Part shown: in pieces, positions 46,461 through 55,814 of the stretch
Layout of the letters: each line of letters starts with the position of its first letter
Position numbering within the stretch: position 1 is the first letter of the stretch
Assembly: GCA_964552325.1 (NCBI GenBank)
Contig: CAZKHA010000003.1
Span: 671 to 64,670, forward strand
From: an uncultured Bacteroidales bacterium
GTDB lineage: Bacteria; Bacteroidota; Bacteroidia; Bacteroidales; TTA-H9
Direction: 5' to 3'
DNA length: 64,000 nt
The notes under the pieces: generated by a model
Told to the model about the DNA's origin: nothing
Seen by the model: the letters and a program-made list of their open reading frames with translations, nothing else
Databases searched by the model: none
Program-made: the position numbers and the translations under genes

Positions 46461-49000
46461 TTTGTGCGTTTTAAAGGTAATTTATAACGACGAATTCCAT
46501 CATAATTGCATAATGCGTTTGCCACAGCAGCCGCAGTTGGTACTAATCCAATCTCGCCAAGACCTTTTGCTCCATACGGACCAATAGGATCGGCTACTTC
46601 AACGGGAAGTACGTTAATTTCTGGGGTTTCATGGGCTTTCAGAATACCGCAATCTTTTAGTTTTGTGCTCATTAAAAAGCCATTCTCCATTTCAAGGTCT
46701 TCAGTTAGTGCATAACCTAGGCCCATATGCACGGCGCCTTCTATTTGCCCCTCATAAAACACTGGGTTAATGATTTTACCTGCATCATGGGCTGCAACAA
46801 CTTTTTCGATGTTTCCTTGCTCATCCAACACCACTAATTGAGCGGCATAGCCATATGAATAGTGGGTAATTGATTCTTTGGTGAGGTCGCCGGGTTTAGT
46901 GGATTGATCGAACTGCCATCGCGCTTGGTATTTTTTCCCAATTAAGCCTGAAAGCGACTGGTTTTTAAGGTCTTCTTTGAAGGGTATGCAAGCTTCTTTT
47001 ATCGCATTGCCCAATAAAACGGTTGCTCTTGATGATGTCGTCATTCCGGTTTTTATGCCTGAAGCGGTATCTGTTTTAACTTCAATAAGTTGGGGGTCAA
47101 GCCCGGTTTCATGGCACAGGAACTGGATAGCCATGGTGTAGATTCCTTGTCCCATTTCGGTCCAGCCTTGGTGCAAAATAATCTTGGTTTCGGATTCAAT
47201 TTCAATGATAACATCCGAATAATCAATCATTCCATTACCAATACCACTATTTTTAATTCCGCAGGCTAATCCTGAGAAAGTGGCGTCAAGATAAAAGGGT
47301 TTCAGGGCATCTAGGCAAGCACGTATCCCAGCACCTTGCACTTTTTGGCCTGTGGCTGTTGTCAATCCATCCACCAATGCATTATCGTATCGGAATTGCC
47401 AATGATCGAAGCCTCCTTTTTTACAAAGTTCGTCCACGCAGCCTTCCAATGCAAAAGCAACTTGGTTAGCACCAAATCCGCGCATTGCTCCTGATGGAAT
47501 ATTGTTGGTATAAACGGTTAAGGCCTCCAAATCAATAACTGGTACATAATAGCCTCCTGTAGCATGTCCTGCAACACGTTCCATAACTTTTGTACCTACC
47601 GATGCATACGCGCCCGTATCGCCTATTGCCCTTAATTTAAGAGCAGTAAGCTTACCATTTAAATCACAGCTTAAAGTAATATCCATCCAAACTGGATGGC
47701 GTTTTGGATGCATACGAATGGATTCGGGCCGTGAGAGCGTTACCTTGACAGCTTGTTTAAGGGTAAAAGCGAACATAGCTGCATGTCCTTGAACACTCAA
47801 ATCTTCTTTACCACCAAAACCTCCGCCATTTGGCACAAGTATAACACGAATATTTGTTTCGGCAATGCCCAAAAGGCTTGCCAATTGTCGTTTATCTTCA
47901 TAAATGCCTTGTCCAGAAGAATATAACAAAATACCATCGGCCTCAGGCATTGCCACAGCCGATTCTGTTTCCATAAAGGCATGTTCAATTCGTTGGGTTT
48001 GGTATGATCCCGTTGCAACAAAAGCAGAGGATTTGATGGCACTAGCAGCATCACCTTTCCTCAAAATGCAGCTATCAAGTAAGTTGGCATGGTGATTATG
48101 CACTTGAATAGCATCCTTTTTGAGTGCAGCATGTACATCTGTAACAGCTTCAAGTACCTCATAATCAACTTTTATAAGGGAAACAGCCAATCTAGCTACT
48201 TTTTCGGTACTGGCTACCACACCAGCCAAAACATCGCCAATATAGTTGGTTATTTCGCCCGGTGCAATCATCAATGGCCAGTCATCGTATATTAAACCTG
48301 TGGTACGTTTTCCGGGTACATCCTTGGCTGTAAATACCTTAACAACTCCTTCAAGTTTTAACGCTTCTGAATAATCAATTGATATTACTTTTGCCCTTGG
48401 ATAATCGCTGAATTTTAGCGCACCATAAAGCATATTGTTGAATTTAAGGTCGTTAACAAACCTGCGTTTCCCTAAAGCTGTTTCAAAGGCTTCGTATTTT
48501 GGGTAGAAATTACCAACATTAGCGGCAGTAGTTTTATGTGGTTGAGCATCTCCTTTTGCCAATACTACCACCGATTCTTCAATCTTTTTGTAACCCGTGC
48601 ATCGGCAAAGATGTGACTTCATCGATGCCCTAATCTGATCGAGATTGGGGTTTGGATTGGTTTGCAATAAGTTCCTAATTCGCATGATGAAACCGGGAGT
48701 GCAAAATCCACATTGCACAGCGCCTTTTTCTACCATTACCCTGGCAATTTCATTCTTGATAGGGTCTGGAATTCCTTCAAGCGTAAACACCTCAGCGTTA
48801 TGTAACTTTTTAAGCGGCGTAACACAGCTTAAAGTCGGTTTGCCGTTAATCTCAACCGTGCAAGCACCACAGGCAGCTTGTGCTGAGCAGCCATCCTTTG
48901 CGGCAATTAAGTCCTTTTCTTCCCGTATAAATGACAAAAGGCTGATGGATTCATCACCTTCGTAGGTAATGGTTTCGCCATTGAGTCTAAAACTAATCAT
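46457..49000 (-). CDS. Single-chain molybdenum hydroxylase: 2x[2Fe-2S] fused to a xanthine-dehydrogenase/aldehyde-oxidase molybdopterin domain (XdhD / 'Se-dependent Mo hydroxylase 1'-like), no FAD domain
   Basis: CSAQAACGACTV and CGFCTPG...CRCTGY Fe-S motifs. a/b-hammerhead region, GGGFGGKE, and C-terminal MoCo-binding region (GLGEIG). 847 aa with an architecture like D. gigas aldehyde oxidoreductase. Confidence 0.85.
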   Translation of the reverse strand: MISFRLNGETITYEGDESISLLSFIREEKDLIAAKDGCSAQAACGACTVEINGKPTLSCVTPLKKLHNAEVFTLEGIPDPIKNEIARVMVEKGAVQCGFCTPGFIMRIRNLLQTNPNPNLDQIRASMKSHLCRCTGYKKIEESVVVLAKGDAQPHKTTAANVGNFYPKYEAFETALGKRRFVNDLKFNNMLYGALKFSDYPRAKVISIDYSEALKLEGVVKVFTAKDVPGKRTTGLIYDDWPLMIAPGEITNYIGDVLAGVVASTEKVARLAVSLIKVDYEVLEAVTDVHAALKKDAIQVHNHHANLLDSCILRKGDAASAIKSSAFVATGSYQTQRIEHAFMETESAVAMPEADGILLYSSGQGIYEDKRQLASLLGIAETNIRVILVPNGGGFGGKEDLSVQGHAAMFAFTLKQAVKVTLSRPESIRMHPKRHPVWMDITLSCDLNGKLTALKLRAIGDTGAYASVGTKVMERVAGHATGGYYVPVIDLEALTVYTNNIPSGAMRGFGANQVAFALEGCVDELCKKGGFDHWQFRYDNALVDGLTTATGQKVQGAGIRACLDALKPFYLDATFSGLACGIKNSGIGNGMIDYSDVIIEIESETKIILHQGWTEMGQGIYTMAIQFLCHETGLDPQLIEVKTDTASGIKTGMTTSSRATVLLGNAIKEACIPFKEDLKNQSLSGLIGKKYQARWQFDQSTKPGDLTKESITHYSYGYAAQLVVLDEQGNIEKVVAAHDAGKIINPVFYEGQIEGAVHMGLGYALTEDLEMENGFLMSTKLKDCGILKAHETPEINVLPVEVADPIGPYGAKGLGEIGLVPTAAAVANALCNYDGIRRYKLPLKRTK

Positions 49001-50238
49001 AAGAGGCTGTATTGTAAGTAATTATCAAGTGCGGTTGGAGTTGGTTCAATGGGTTCGGGTAGTTTAACTGCATTTAAAGCGGTCTTGAGGTCTTTTAATC
49101 CACTGCCTGTTAATAGTACAAGAGCACGAGAACCGTCTTTAAGTTGATTTTCGGTTTTGAACTTTAAAAAGCCCGCGTATGCTGCTGATGCAGCAGGCTC
49201 TGCAAATATGCCAGTGGTTTTGGCTAACAAACTCGAAGCTATAACTATTTCATGATCAGAAACATTAATTGCTTCTCCATTGTATGTCAGCAAGAATTTC
49301 TTAGCCATAAGGAAGTTCCTTGGAATATCAACCGAAATAGAATCTGCAAGGGTGGTTGCTGGTTCGTAAGCGAATGAATTACGTGTTAAATTGGTGTTCA
49401 AGTTGCAGCTTTGCGCAGATTGAACAGACACTATAGTCGGAATTTTTGATATTACACCAAGCTTCAATAAGTCTTCAAAGCCTTTATAAACACCTGCAAT
49501 AATTACTCCATCTCCCACAGGTACAAATATATAGTCGGGCAAATGCTCGCCAAAACGGTCGAAAATCTCAAAAGCAACGGTTTTTTTTCCTTCGATTGTA
49601 AACGGATTGTAAGCAGTGTTACGGTTATGCCAGCCAAAAATTTCGGTTGCCTTTAAACTAAGGTCGAATGCCCTGTCATAATTTCCTTTAACAAGCACAG
49701 GAATAGCTCCATACATAATTATTTGGACCAGTTTGGCCGACGGCACATTTTCTGGAACAATTATCACGGCTTTTTGACTTTGAGAGGCGCAAATACCTGC
49801 CAAAGAAGAACCGGCATTGCCTGTGGAAGCAGCAACTAAAATGTTGAGATCGTTTTCTTTGGCATAAGCTGAAACCAGCGCAGAAGCCCTGTCCTTAAAC
49901 GAGAAAGTTGGGTTTTGCGAATCGTCTTTAATAAAAAGTTCCACATTGGTGGATGCATCAATACTATAAACAGGGGTTTGTCCAACCCTAAGGTAACCAA
50001 AACTTTGCAATGATTGAATCGGCAATAAGTCGATAAACCCAGCTTGCTTTAACGAATTCCAGGTACTGGTTTGGTTTAAGGCTTTGATTTTATTGTAATT
50101 ATATACAGTTTTGAGTACACCAGCCGGAGGTTGGCCGTCTTTGTTCAGAGCAGCACATTTGGGGCAGAGGTACAAAAAGTTATCCGTATAAACTGCACCA
50201 CAATCTGTGCATTCAAAATGGTACTTAAGGCTGGGCAT
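48997..50238 (-). CDS. Threonine-synthase-like fold-type-II PLP enzyme with N-terminal zinc ribbon (function unassigned)
   Basis: CTDCG...CPKC ribbon, PLP-lysine motif FSFKDRAS, glycine loop ASTGNAGSSLAG. 413 aa. The stop overlaps the hydroxylase start (ATGA). Confidence 0.7.
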   Translation of the reverse strand: MPSLKYHFECTDCGAVYTDNFLYLCPKCAALNKDGQPPAGVLKTVYNYNKIKALNQTSTWNSLKQAGFIDLLPIQSLQSFGYLRVGQTPVYSIDASTNVELFIKDDSQNPTFSFKDRASALVSAYAKENDLNILVAASTGNAGSSLAGICASQSQKAVIIVPENVPSAKLVQIIMYGAIPVLVKGNYDRAFDLSLKATEIFGWHNRNTAYNPFTIEGKKTVAFEIFDRFGEHLPDYIFVPVGDGVIIAGVYKGFEDLLKLGVISKIPTIVSVQSAQSCNLNTNLTRNSFAYEPATTLADSISVDIPRNFLMAKKFLLTYNGEAINVSDHEIVIASSLLAKTTGIFAEPAASAAYAGFLKFKTENQLKDGSRALVLLTGSGLKDLKTALNAVKLPEPIEPTPTALDNYLQYSLL

Positions 50239-50249
50239 AACAAAAAGGT

Positions 50250-51716
50250 TTAGCTTAGTACGTCTGCATTAAAGGCTTCTATAAGCTCATCCCATCTGGC
50301 GGCTTGATTAAATAAACTAGGCCAAATGTTTTCGTCATACCATAATTGATTGATTTCATCTACCGTTTTGCCTTGTTGTTCAACCCATGTAAAGTATTTT
50401 AGGTTGTGTATTGCTTTACGGTCTTGATAACTAAGCTCTTTCATGTAATCAATTCCTGTTCCAAGCAGGCAGCGTTCATGGTCTTTACCGGCTTGCATCA
50501 AGGTATAGGTACCATTTTGTTCGCTAAGTTCGCTTAATCTTGATTGATACATTTCCATGCTGTCGGTAGCAATGGTTATTAGTACATCATTTTCATTCAA
50601 TTCAAAATACTTCGCTTGTTTTATGGCTCCAAGCAGGTTGGCCACGCCCGAGATTCCAATTTGAGCTAGGCTCTTGATGTATTCAGGTTCTAAGCCGCAC
50701 TCTGTCAGGTATTTAATGCCTTCAGGTTCGTTAAATAGTCGGATAATGCGCATGCAGTCCTCATCATCGATGGCAGTAACCAAATCGGTATTTTTAATAT
50801 TGTGCACCCAAGGTATATGCTTATCACCAATACCTTCGATACGGTGAGCACCAAAGCCGTTTTGCAATAAGGTCGGGCATTGCAAGGCTTCGGAAGCTGT
50901 TACTTTTATGTGAGGGAATTTCGTTTTTAGATAATCACCTGCGGCAATTGTACCAGCTGAACCAGTGTTGGATACAAAGCCAGCGAAGCGGCTAGAGGGT
51001 GTGCGCAATAGGTTGTAAATATCCTCGATGGCAGGGCCTGTTACATTATAATGCCAAACAGGGTTACCAAATTCGTCAAACTGGTTCAAAATGATGCAAT
51101 CAGGCCTTGTAGCCCGCATATGGTTACATTCGTCATAAATCTCCTTTACATTCGATTCACAACCTGGTGTTGCAATAATTTCAGAACCAATGCTTTTAAG
51201 CCATTCAAAACGTTCACGGCTCATTTCTTGCGGCAAGATGGCCACTGCCGTTACACCCATCAAATAGGAGTCAAAAGCTCCACCACGGCAATAATTGCCT
51301 GTTGATGGCCAAACTGCTTTATGATAGGTTGGATCGAAACCGCCTGTAATAATGCGTGGAGCCAAGCAACCATAGGCTGCACCTACTTTGTGAGCACCTG
51401 TAGGGAACCATTTTCCAAGCATCAATACAATCCGAGCCTTAACACCACTAATCGCTTCAGGAATTTCGATGTAATTTCCATTGCCATATAATCCCCCAAA
51501 GGGTTTGGCTTCATTTTTCCATGAGATTCGGAATAGGTTTGCAGGGTCTCTATCCCATAAACCTGTGGTTTTGAGTTTGTTTTTGATGGATTCAGGTATC
51601 AGTTCTGGGTTGCGCATTTGAGCAAAGGTAGGGAGCAGAATTCCCTTTTCTTTGAAACGTTTTACGGCTTTACTTCTGATTTCGTTATTAATAACGTGGT
51701 CAATTGTGGTTATCAT
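50250..51716 (-). CDS. Fold-type-II PLP-dependent enzyme (TrpB/CysK superfamily) with long C-terminal extension (function unassigned)
   Basis: The FPTGAHKVGAA lysine motif resembles the TrpB HTGAHK motif. STGNYCRGGA and NTGSAGTIAAG loops. 488 aa. Sits 12 nt after ygfK and 11 nt before the ThrC-like gene. Confidence 0.6.
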   Translation of the reverse strand: MITTIDHVINNEIRSKAVKRFKEKGILLPTFAQMRNPELIPESIKNKLKTTGLWDRDPANLFRISWKNEAKPFGGLYGNGNYIEIPEAISGVKARIVLMLGKWFPTGAHKVGAAYGCLAPRIITGGFDPTYHKAVWPSTGNYCRGGAFDSYLMGVTAVAILPQEMSRERFEWLKSIGSEIIATPGCESNVKEIYDECNHMRATRPDCIILNQFDEFGNPVWHYNVTGPAIEDIYNLLRTPSSRFAGFVSNTGSAGTIAAGDYLKTKFPHIKVTASEALQCPTLLQNGFGAHRIEGIGDKHIPWVHNIKNTDLVTAIDDEDCMRIIRLFNEPEGIKYLTECGLEPEYIKSLAQIGISGVANLLGAIKQAKYFELNENDVLITIATDSMEMYQSRLSELSEQNGTYTLMQAGKDHERCLLGTGIDYMKELSYQDRKAIHNLKYFTWVEQQGKTVDEINQLWYDENIWPSLFNQAARWDELIEAFNADVLS

Positions 51717-51728
51717 TGTTGTAAGAAA

Positions 51729-54700
51729 TTAGTTTTTACTTTCGTGGATATAAAGATGTTGCATACCTTCGAGCAGGACCATCAAGGTGGCTGCATTTTC
51801 AAAAAAGGCTGTTTTTACACATGGAACGCGTATTTCTACGGTTTTTAAGGAAAAATCGTTGCTGTGGAATTTTGCCAAAACCTCCTCGGTCTCATAGATG
51901 TATTCGTCTTTTTGTAAAGTCAAGGTTGTAAATCGCTCCTTATTTTTTTGGATAATGGTAGTTTTGCTCGGCAAGGTACTTATAAAGTAACCATTAGTAG
52001 CGTTGTTAAAGGATTTAATGCTCAGGAAAAAGTGTGGTTTTTCTTTGTAAGGAGCTGAATTACTGGGGCAAAATGTATTGCAATTCCCACATTCGTTGCA
52101 GAAATCGGCCAAATGGGCAATTTGGTGGTCTTGTTTAACTTCAAAGTGTTTATCGAAGCTAAGTACAATTTCATCTCCTTTTTTCTCGGCCTTTTGCAAT
52201 GCGATGGATCTTGTGGGTAATTGATAGGAATAATTGGCAAAGTTAGGGCAAACACTCACACATACATTACAGATTTTGTGGCAAAGCAAACAGCGGGATG
52301 CTTCGCTCATGGCCTCTGCTTGGGTGTTAATTACGGGCACTTGCTCGTCAATTTTTTTGTTAGCTACCATTAACGGACTTGTTCCCCGTTTGGCTTTTTT
52401 TATCAATAGATCTTGAACATCAATGTTGTAGTCAAATTTTATTGGCTGATTTAGGGTTAATCCAGCGGCTTGTTGTATTTGTTTAGCTGCTTTGCGTCCA
52501 TCGGCTATTGCCGAAATAATGTTGGATGCACCTTTACGTGCGTCGCCACCAATAAACACTCGGCTGAGCTTGGTTGCGTAGGTATCTTTTTCGGTAAGTA
52601 GTTGAGTATTATCAATAAAATTTATCGCAACTTCTTGGCCAATAGCGGGGAATACCAAATCTGCTTCTCGTACAAATTCAGAGCCTTCAATGGGCAGTGT
52701 GAGCAAACGTTTTTGTTGATAACTTCCAGAGGCTTGCATTTTGATGAACTTTAATCCGCTTACTTCACCAGATTTTGTAAGGATCTCGGTAGGGCTTACC
52801 ATTTCAATAAGATCTATCCCTTCAGCTAAGGCTGCCAAAATTTCTTCCGGTTCGGCAGGCATATCTTGTTTACGCCTTCTATAGGCTATGGTTACCTTGG
52901 CATCGGGTTGTGCGTATTTTTTAGCGGTTCGGGCCACATCCATGGCAGTGTTTCCACCACCAATTATAATAATCTGTTTGGCAGTTAATTGATAAGGATT
53001 TTCTTTGATTTTACTCAAAAAATCGAGTGGGTCCATTATCCCTTTTGCATCTTCGTTTGCTAAATTAAGTTTTCGTGTAATTGTAGCACCCGTAGCAATG
53101 TAAATGTAACTACCTGATTCATATACTGTTTTAAATAGTTGTGAATCTACCGTAACGCCATATTGTATTTTTACACCGCTTGCCATTATCCGATCTAAGT
53201 CGAGTTGAGTTTGTGCTTTACCGATTCTAAATGAGGGAATTACCTCAGCTACCATTCCACCGGCAAATGTTTTTTGTTCAAGAACCGTAACATCGAATCC
53301 AGCTAGGCGCATAAAGTAGGCACACGACAAACCCGAGGGACCTGCACCAATCACAGTTACTTGTCCTTTTGTAAAATCTTGATTGTATTTTTGAGGGGTA
53401 TGTTTTTGGTTTTCAGCAACAAAGCGTTTAACTTCACGAATGGCCAAAGCATTATCATAGTTAATGCGTGTACATTTCGATTGGCACTCGTGATCACATA
53501 CATTGCCCGTAATGATGGGTAATGGATTGGTTTGCAAAATTACCTCGTAGGCTTTCTGAAAATCTCCTTGAGCCGTATAATACATATAATCAGGGATGCC
53601 TTGATGCGAAGGACAGGTTGAAACACAGGGAGCGTGTATGCAATCGAAATAGTCGAGAGGTCTATTTACTTTAATATCAGGTTCTTTAAAGGCTTTTTGA
53701 TAATAAGGGTCATTACAAACAGCAGTACTGTAAGCATCTAAATTGCTTAGGTGGTTTTGGGATATGAACTGTGATAAGTTTTCACATTTTTGTTCATCAA
53801 GGGTTTGGTAAATGGCTTCAATATATTGATGTATTCTTGCGTAGCCACCGGGCTTTAAAAGATCGGAACAAACGGTTACAGGCGAGAGACCACACGATAG
53901 CACTTTGGAGATGTTTTGATAATCAATGCCAGCCGAAAAAGATATAGATAAGCTTTCTTTTATATCGTTGGAAATTTTATTGGCAACTGCAATTGATATT
54001 GGATGTAAAGACCTGCCACTCATATACATGTGTGGTTCGCTTTCTGGCAAAATATCCTTGTTGTTTAAACTTTCAAGCGTATTGGTAAGCTTTATGCCAA
54101 ATTCAACCCCTTCATTTTGCGCCAATAACCTTAAGCGGTTAAGAATTCCAATGGCATCCGCGTATTTTAAATCATGTTCAAAGGCAATATCCGGTACTTC
54201 GGTCTTGAAACCCAGCTTGTTGTTTAAGATTTCGGTAAGTTTTTCTTTACCCAGTAGGGTAGGGTTAAGTTTGATAACAGTATGCAGATTTTTAGTCGCA
54301 ATCAAATACTGCCCAATGCGTTCAATTTCATCGGGTGGACAACCGTGCATGGTTGAAAGCGTAATGTTATTTGAAATACGATCTGGAATAGTAATTTGCT
54401 CAATTTCTGGTACTAAATGCTTAATCTCCTTGATTTTGGCATCCTTCTCTGACTTGCAATCCTTCATTTTCTCAAAAAACCATTGCACATTTTGGTTTAG
54501 AATGCCTTCGAGGTTATACCCCACACTCATATTAAAAATTGTACCAATGGGCACATTGTTGTTTTTATTGAACCTAAAGTTCAGAATATGAATAATAATC
54601 CACGCATTTAGATACTGCTCAAACGATTCGTGTATTTTTAACTCTTGTGACCATTCGCAATTATAACCCTCATCCTGCATGTCGATACAAGGTTTCGTAA

Positions 54701-54977
54701 CATTCAATTCATCAAGGGTTTGAACGGTTTTAAGTTCAATAAAGCGGGCGCCACATAACCATGCCCCAACAATGTTTTGGGCAAGTTGCGAGTGGGGTCC
54801 GGCTGCAACACCTATTGGAGTATGCAAAGCTTGCTTAAAGTGCGTAGTAAATAACCTTGGGTCGTTTTGGGTAAAGAATCTTTCCGAAGGAATCCCAAAA
54901 TAAGTTCCGTTTTTCAATTGATTTAGTATTAAACCAAGTAAACGGTCGAGTGGTATTATTGAAAATGAATCAGTCAT
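51729..54977 (-). CDS. ygfK: YgfK-type large flavo-iron-sulfur oxidoreductase ('putative selenate reductase subunit YgfK' family)
   Basis: 1082 aa. N-terminal DHOD/DPD-like TIM-barrel region, Cys clusters (CIHAPCVSTCP; CDHECQSKCTR), GltD-like VTVIGAGPSGLSCAY and IIIIGGGNTAMDVA Rossmann folds. C-terminal 2x[4Fe-4S] ferredoxin (CLLCHKICNVCVSVCP; CNECGNCNTFCP). Confidence 0.85.
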   Translation of the reverse strand: MTDSFSIIPLDRLLGLILNQLKNGTYFGIPSERFFTQNDPRLFTTHFKQALHTPIGVAAGPHSQLAQNIVGAWLCGARFIELKTVQTLDELNVTKPCIDMQDEGYNCEWSQELKIHESFEQYLNAWIIIHILNFRFNKNNNVPIGTIFNMSVGYNLEGILNQNVQWFFEKMKDCKSEKDAKIKEIKHLVPEIEQITIPDRISNNITLSTMHGCPPDEIERIGQYLIATKNLHTVIKLNPTLLGKEKLTEILNNKLGFKTEVPDIAFEHDLKYADAIGILNRLRLLAQNEGVEFGIKLTNTLESLNNKDILPESEPHMYMSGRSLHPISIAVANKISNDIKESLSISFSAGIDYQNISKVLSCGLSPVTVCSDLLKPGGYARIHQYIEAIYQTLDEQKCENLSQFISQNHLSNLDAYSTAVCNDPYYQKAFKEPDIKVNRPLDYFDCIHAPCVSTCPSHQGIPDYMYYTAQGDFQKAYEVILQTNPLPIITGNVCDHECQSKCTRINYDNALAIREVKRFVAENQKHTPQKYNQDFTKGQVTVIGAGPSGLSCAYFMRLAGFDVTVLEQKTFAGGMVAEVIPSFRIGKAQTQLDLDRIMASGVKIQYGVTVDSQLFKTVYESGSYIYIATGATITRKLNLANEDAKGIMDPLDFLSKIKENPYQLTAKQIIIIGGGNTAMDVARTAKKYAQPDAKVTIAYRRRKQDMPAEPEEILAALAEGIDLIEMVSPTEILTKSGEVSGLKFIKMQASGSYQQKRLLTLPIEGSEFVREADLVFPAIGQEVAINFIDNTQLLTEKDTYATKLSRVFIGGDARKGASNIISAIADGRKAAKQIQQAAGLTLNQPIKFDYNIDVQDLLIKKAKRGTSPLMVANKKIDEQVPVINTQAEAMSEASRCLLCHKICNVCVSVCPNFANYSYQLPTRSIALQKAEKKGDEIVLSFDKHFEVKQDHQIAHLADFCNECGNCNTFCPSNSAPYKEKPHFFLSIKSFNNATNGYFISTLPSKTTIIQKNKERFTTLTLQKDEYIYETEEVLAKFHSNDFSLKTVEIRVPCVKTAFFENAATLMVLLEGMQHLYIHESKN

Positions 54978-55034
54978 GAAGTATTTGTTAAATAAAAGGC
55001 CAGTTTGTAAGGTGAATTTAGGCTAAAATTGTGT

Positions 55035-55072
55035 CCGAATACGTACTTTTGAAGTTTGCAATTCGGTTTTTT
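55035..55072 (+). other. Terminator-like hairpin plus T6 in the ygfK/mocA divergent intergenic region
   Basis: CCGAAT...(inner ACTT/AAGT)...ATTCGG followed by TTTTTT on the plus strand. No plus-strand gene lies upstream of it. Confidence 0.3.
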
Positions 55073-55145
55073 AAGCATTATCTTATAGGCGATTGAGATT
55101 GTAATGTGACGTCAAAACTTTTGTATGTGTTTAATTGTAAGTTAA

Positions 55146-55802
55146 ATGATAGAATATATGGAGAACTTTTCCACCGCTACAAAGCATTTGAATGCGGATA
55201 ATAGTGCAGTGCTTGTGTTGGCAGCTGGTAGGAGCCAACGGATGGGAAGCCCCAAATTTGCCTTGCAATTTACAAATAAACAGTCTTTTTTAGAGCGTAT
55301 TATCACTATTTACAGTAGTTTGCGTTTTGGGCAGATACTGGTTGTTATAAATTCTGATGATTGCAAGCATTCAATCTTATCGCATATCAAAGAACACTAT
55401 GGGCATATCCAAATTGTTGTAAATGAATATCCTGAAAAGGGTAGGCTTTATTCTGTTCAATTGGGTCTGTGCCAACTGACCAAACCTTTTTGCTTCGTAC
55501 AAAATGTTGATAATCCATTTATTAGCGAAAACGTGTTGAACAAGCTATTGGTTGAAAGCAACCCGTTCAGAATAGTAATGCCATGTTTTCAGGATAAAAA
55601 TGGTCATCCGATAGTTATTCCTGAACGTTATCACCAAGGTATTGTTAATGAATTAGCTACAGAAACTACGCTTAAAAAATGCCTTTCAGGCTTTCAAAAG
55701 CAACAGATAGAAGTGGATGACGAAAGTATTCTGCTAAACTTGAATACCCCAATGGATTATCAGCACTATTTTGGCCATCCACCCCTTCCTTGCATTGGAT
55801 AA
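55146..55802 (+). CDS. mocA: MobA-like NTP transferase, probable molybdenum cofactor cytidylyltransferase (MocA/YgfJ-like)
   Basis: VLAAGRSQRMGSPKFAL nucleotide-binding motif; ~200 aa. It is the only plus-strand gene inside the island. The start could be 55146 or the ATG at 55158 (MENFS). Confidence 0.65.
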   Translation: MIEYMENFSTATKHLNADNSAVLVLAAGRSQRMGSPKFALQFTNKQSFLERIITIYSSLRFGQILVVINSDDCKHSILSHIKEHYGHIQIVVNEYPEKGRLYSVQLGLCQLTKPFCFVQNVDNPFISENVLNKLLVESNPFRIVMPCFQDKNGHPIVIPERYHQGIVNELATETTLKKCLSGFQKQQIEVDDESILLNLNTPMDYQHYFGHPPLPCIG

Positions 55803-55814
55803 TTAATTGAATCG

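Noticed and set aside
53926-54591. 221-aa plus-strand ORF antisense to ygfK, unusually long for an AT-rich genome
   Set aside because: It lies entirely inside a well-supported 1082-aa gene. Its composition is low-complexity and Ser/Leu/Ile/Lys-rich, with no recognisable motif and no promoter box. It is most likely a shadow ORF.
55107-55114. TGACGTCA palindrome in the ygfK/mocA spacer (CRE/CRP-like)
   Set aside because: An 8-bp palindrome is expected many times by chance in 64 kb. The flanks do not extend the symmetry.
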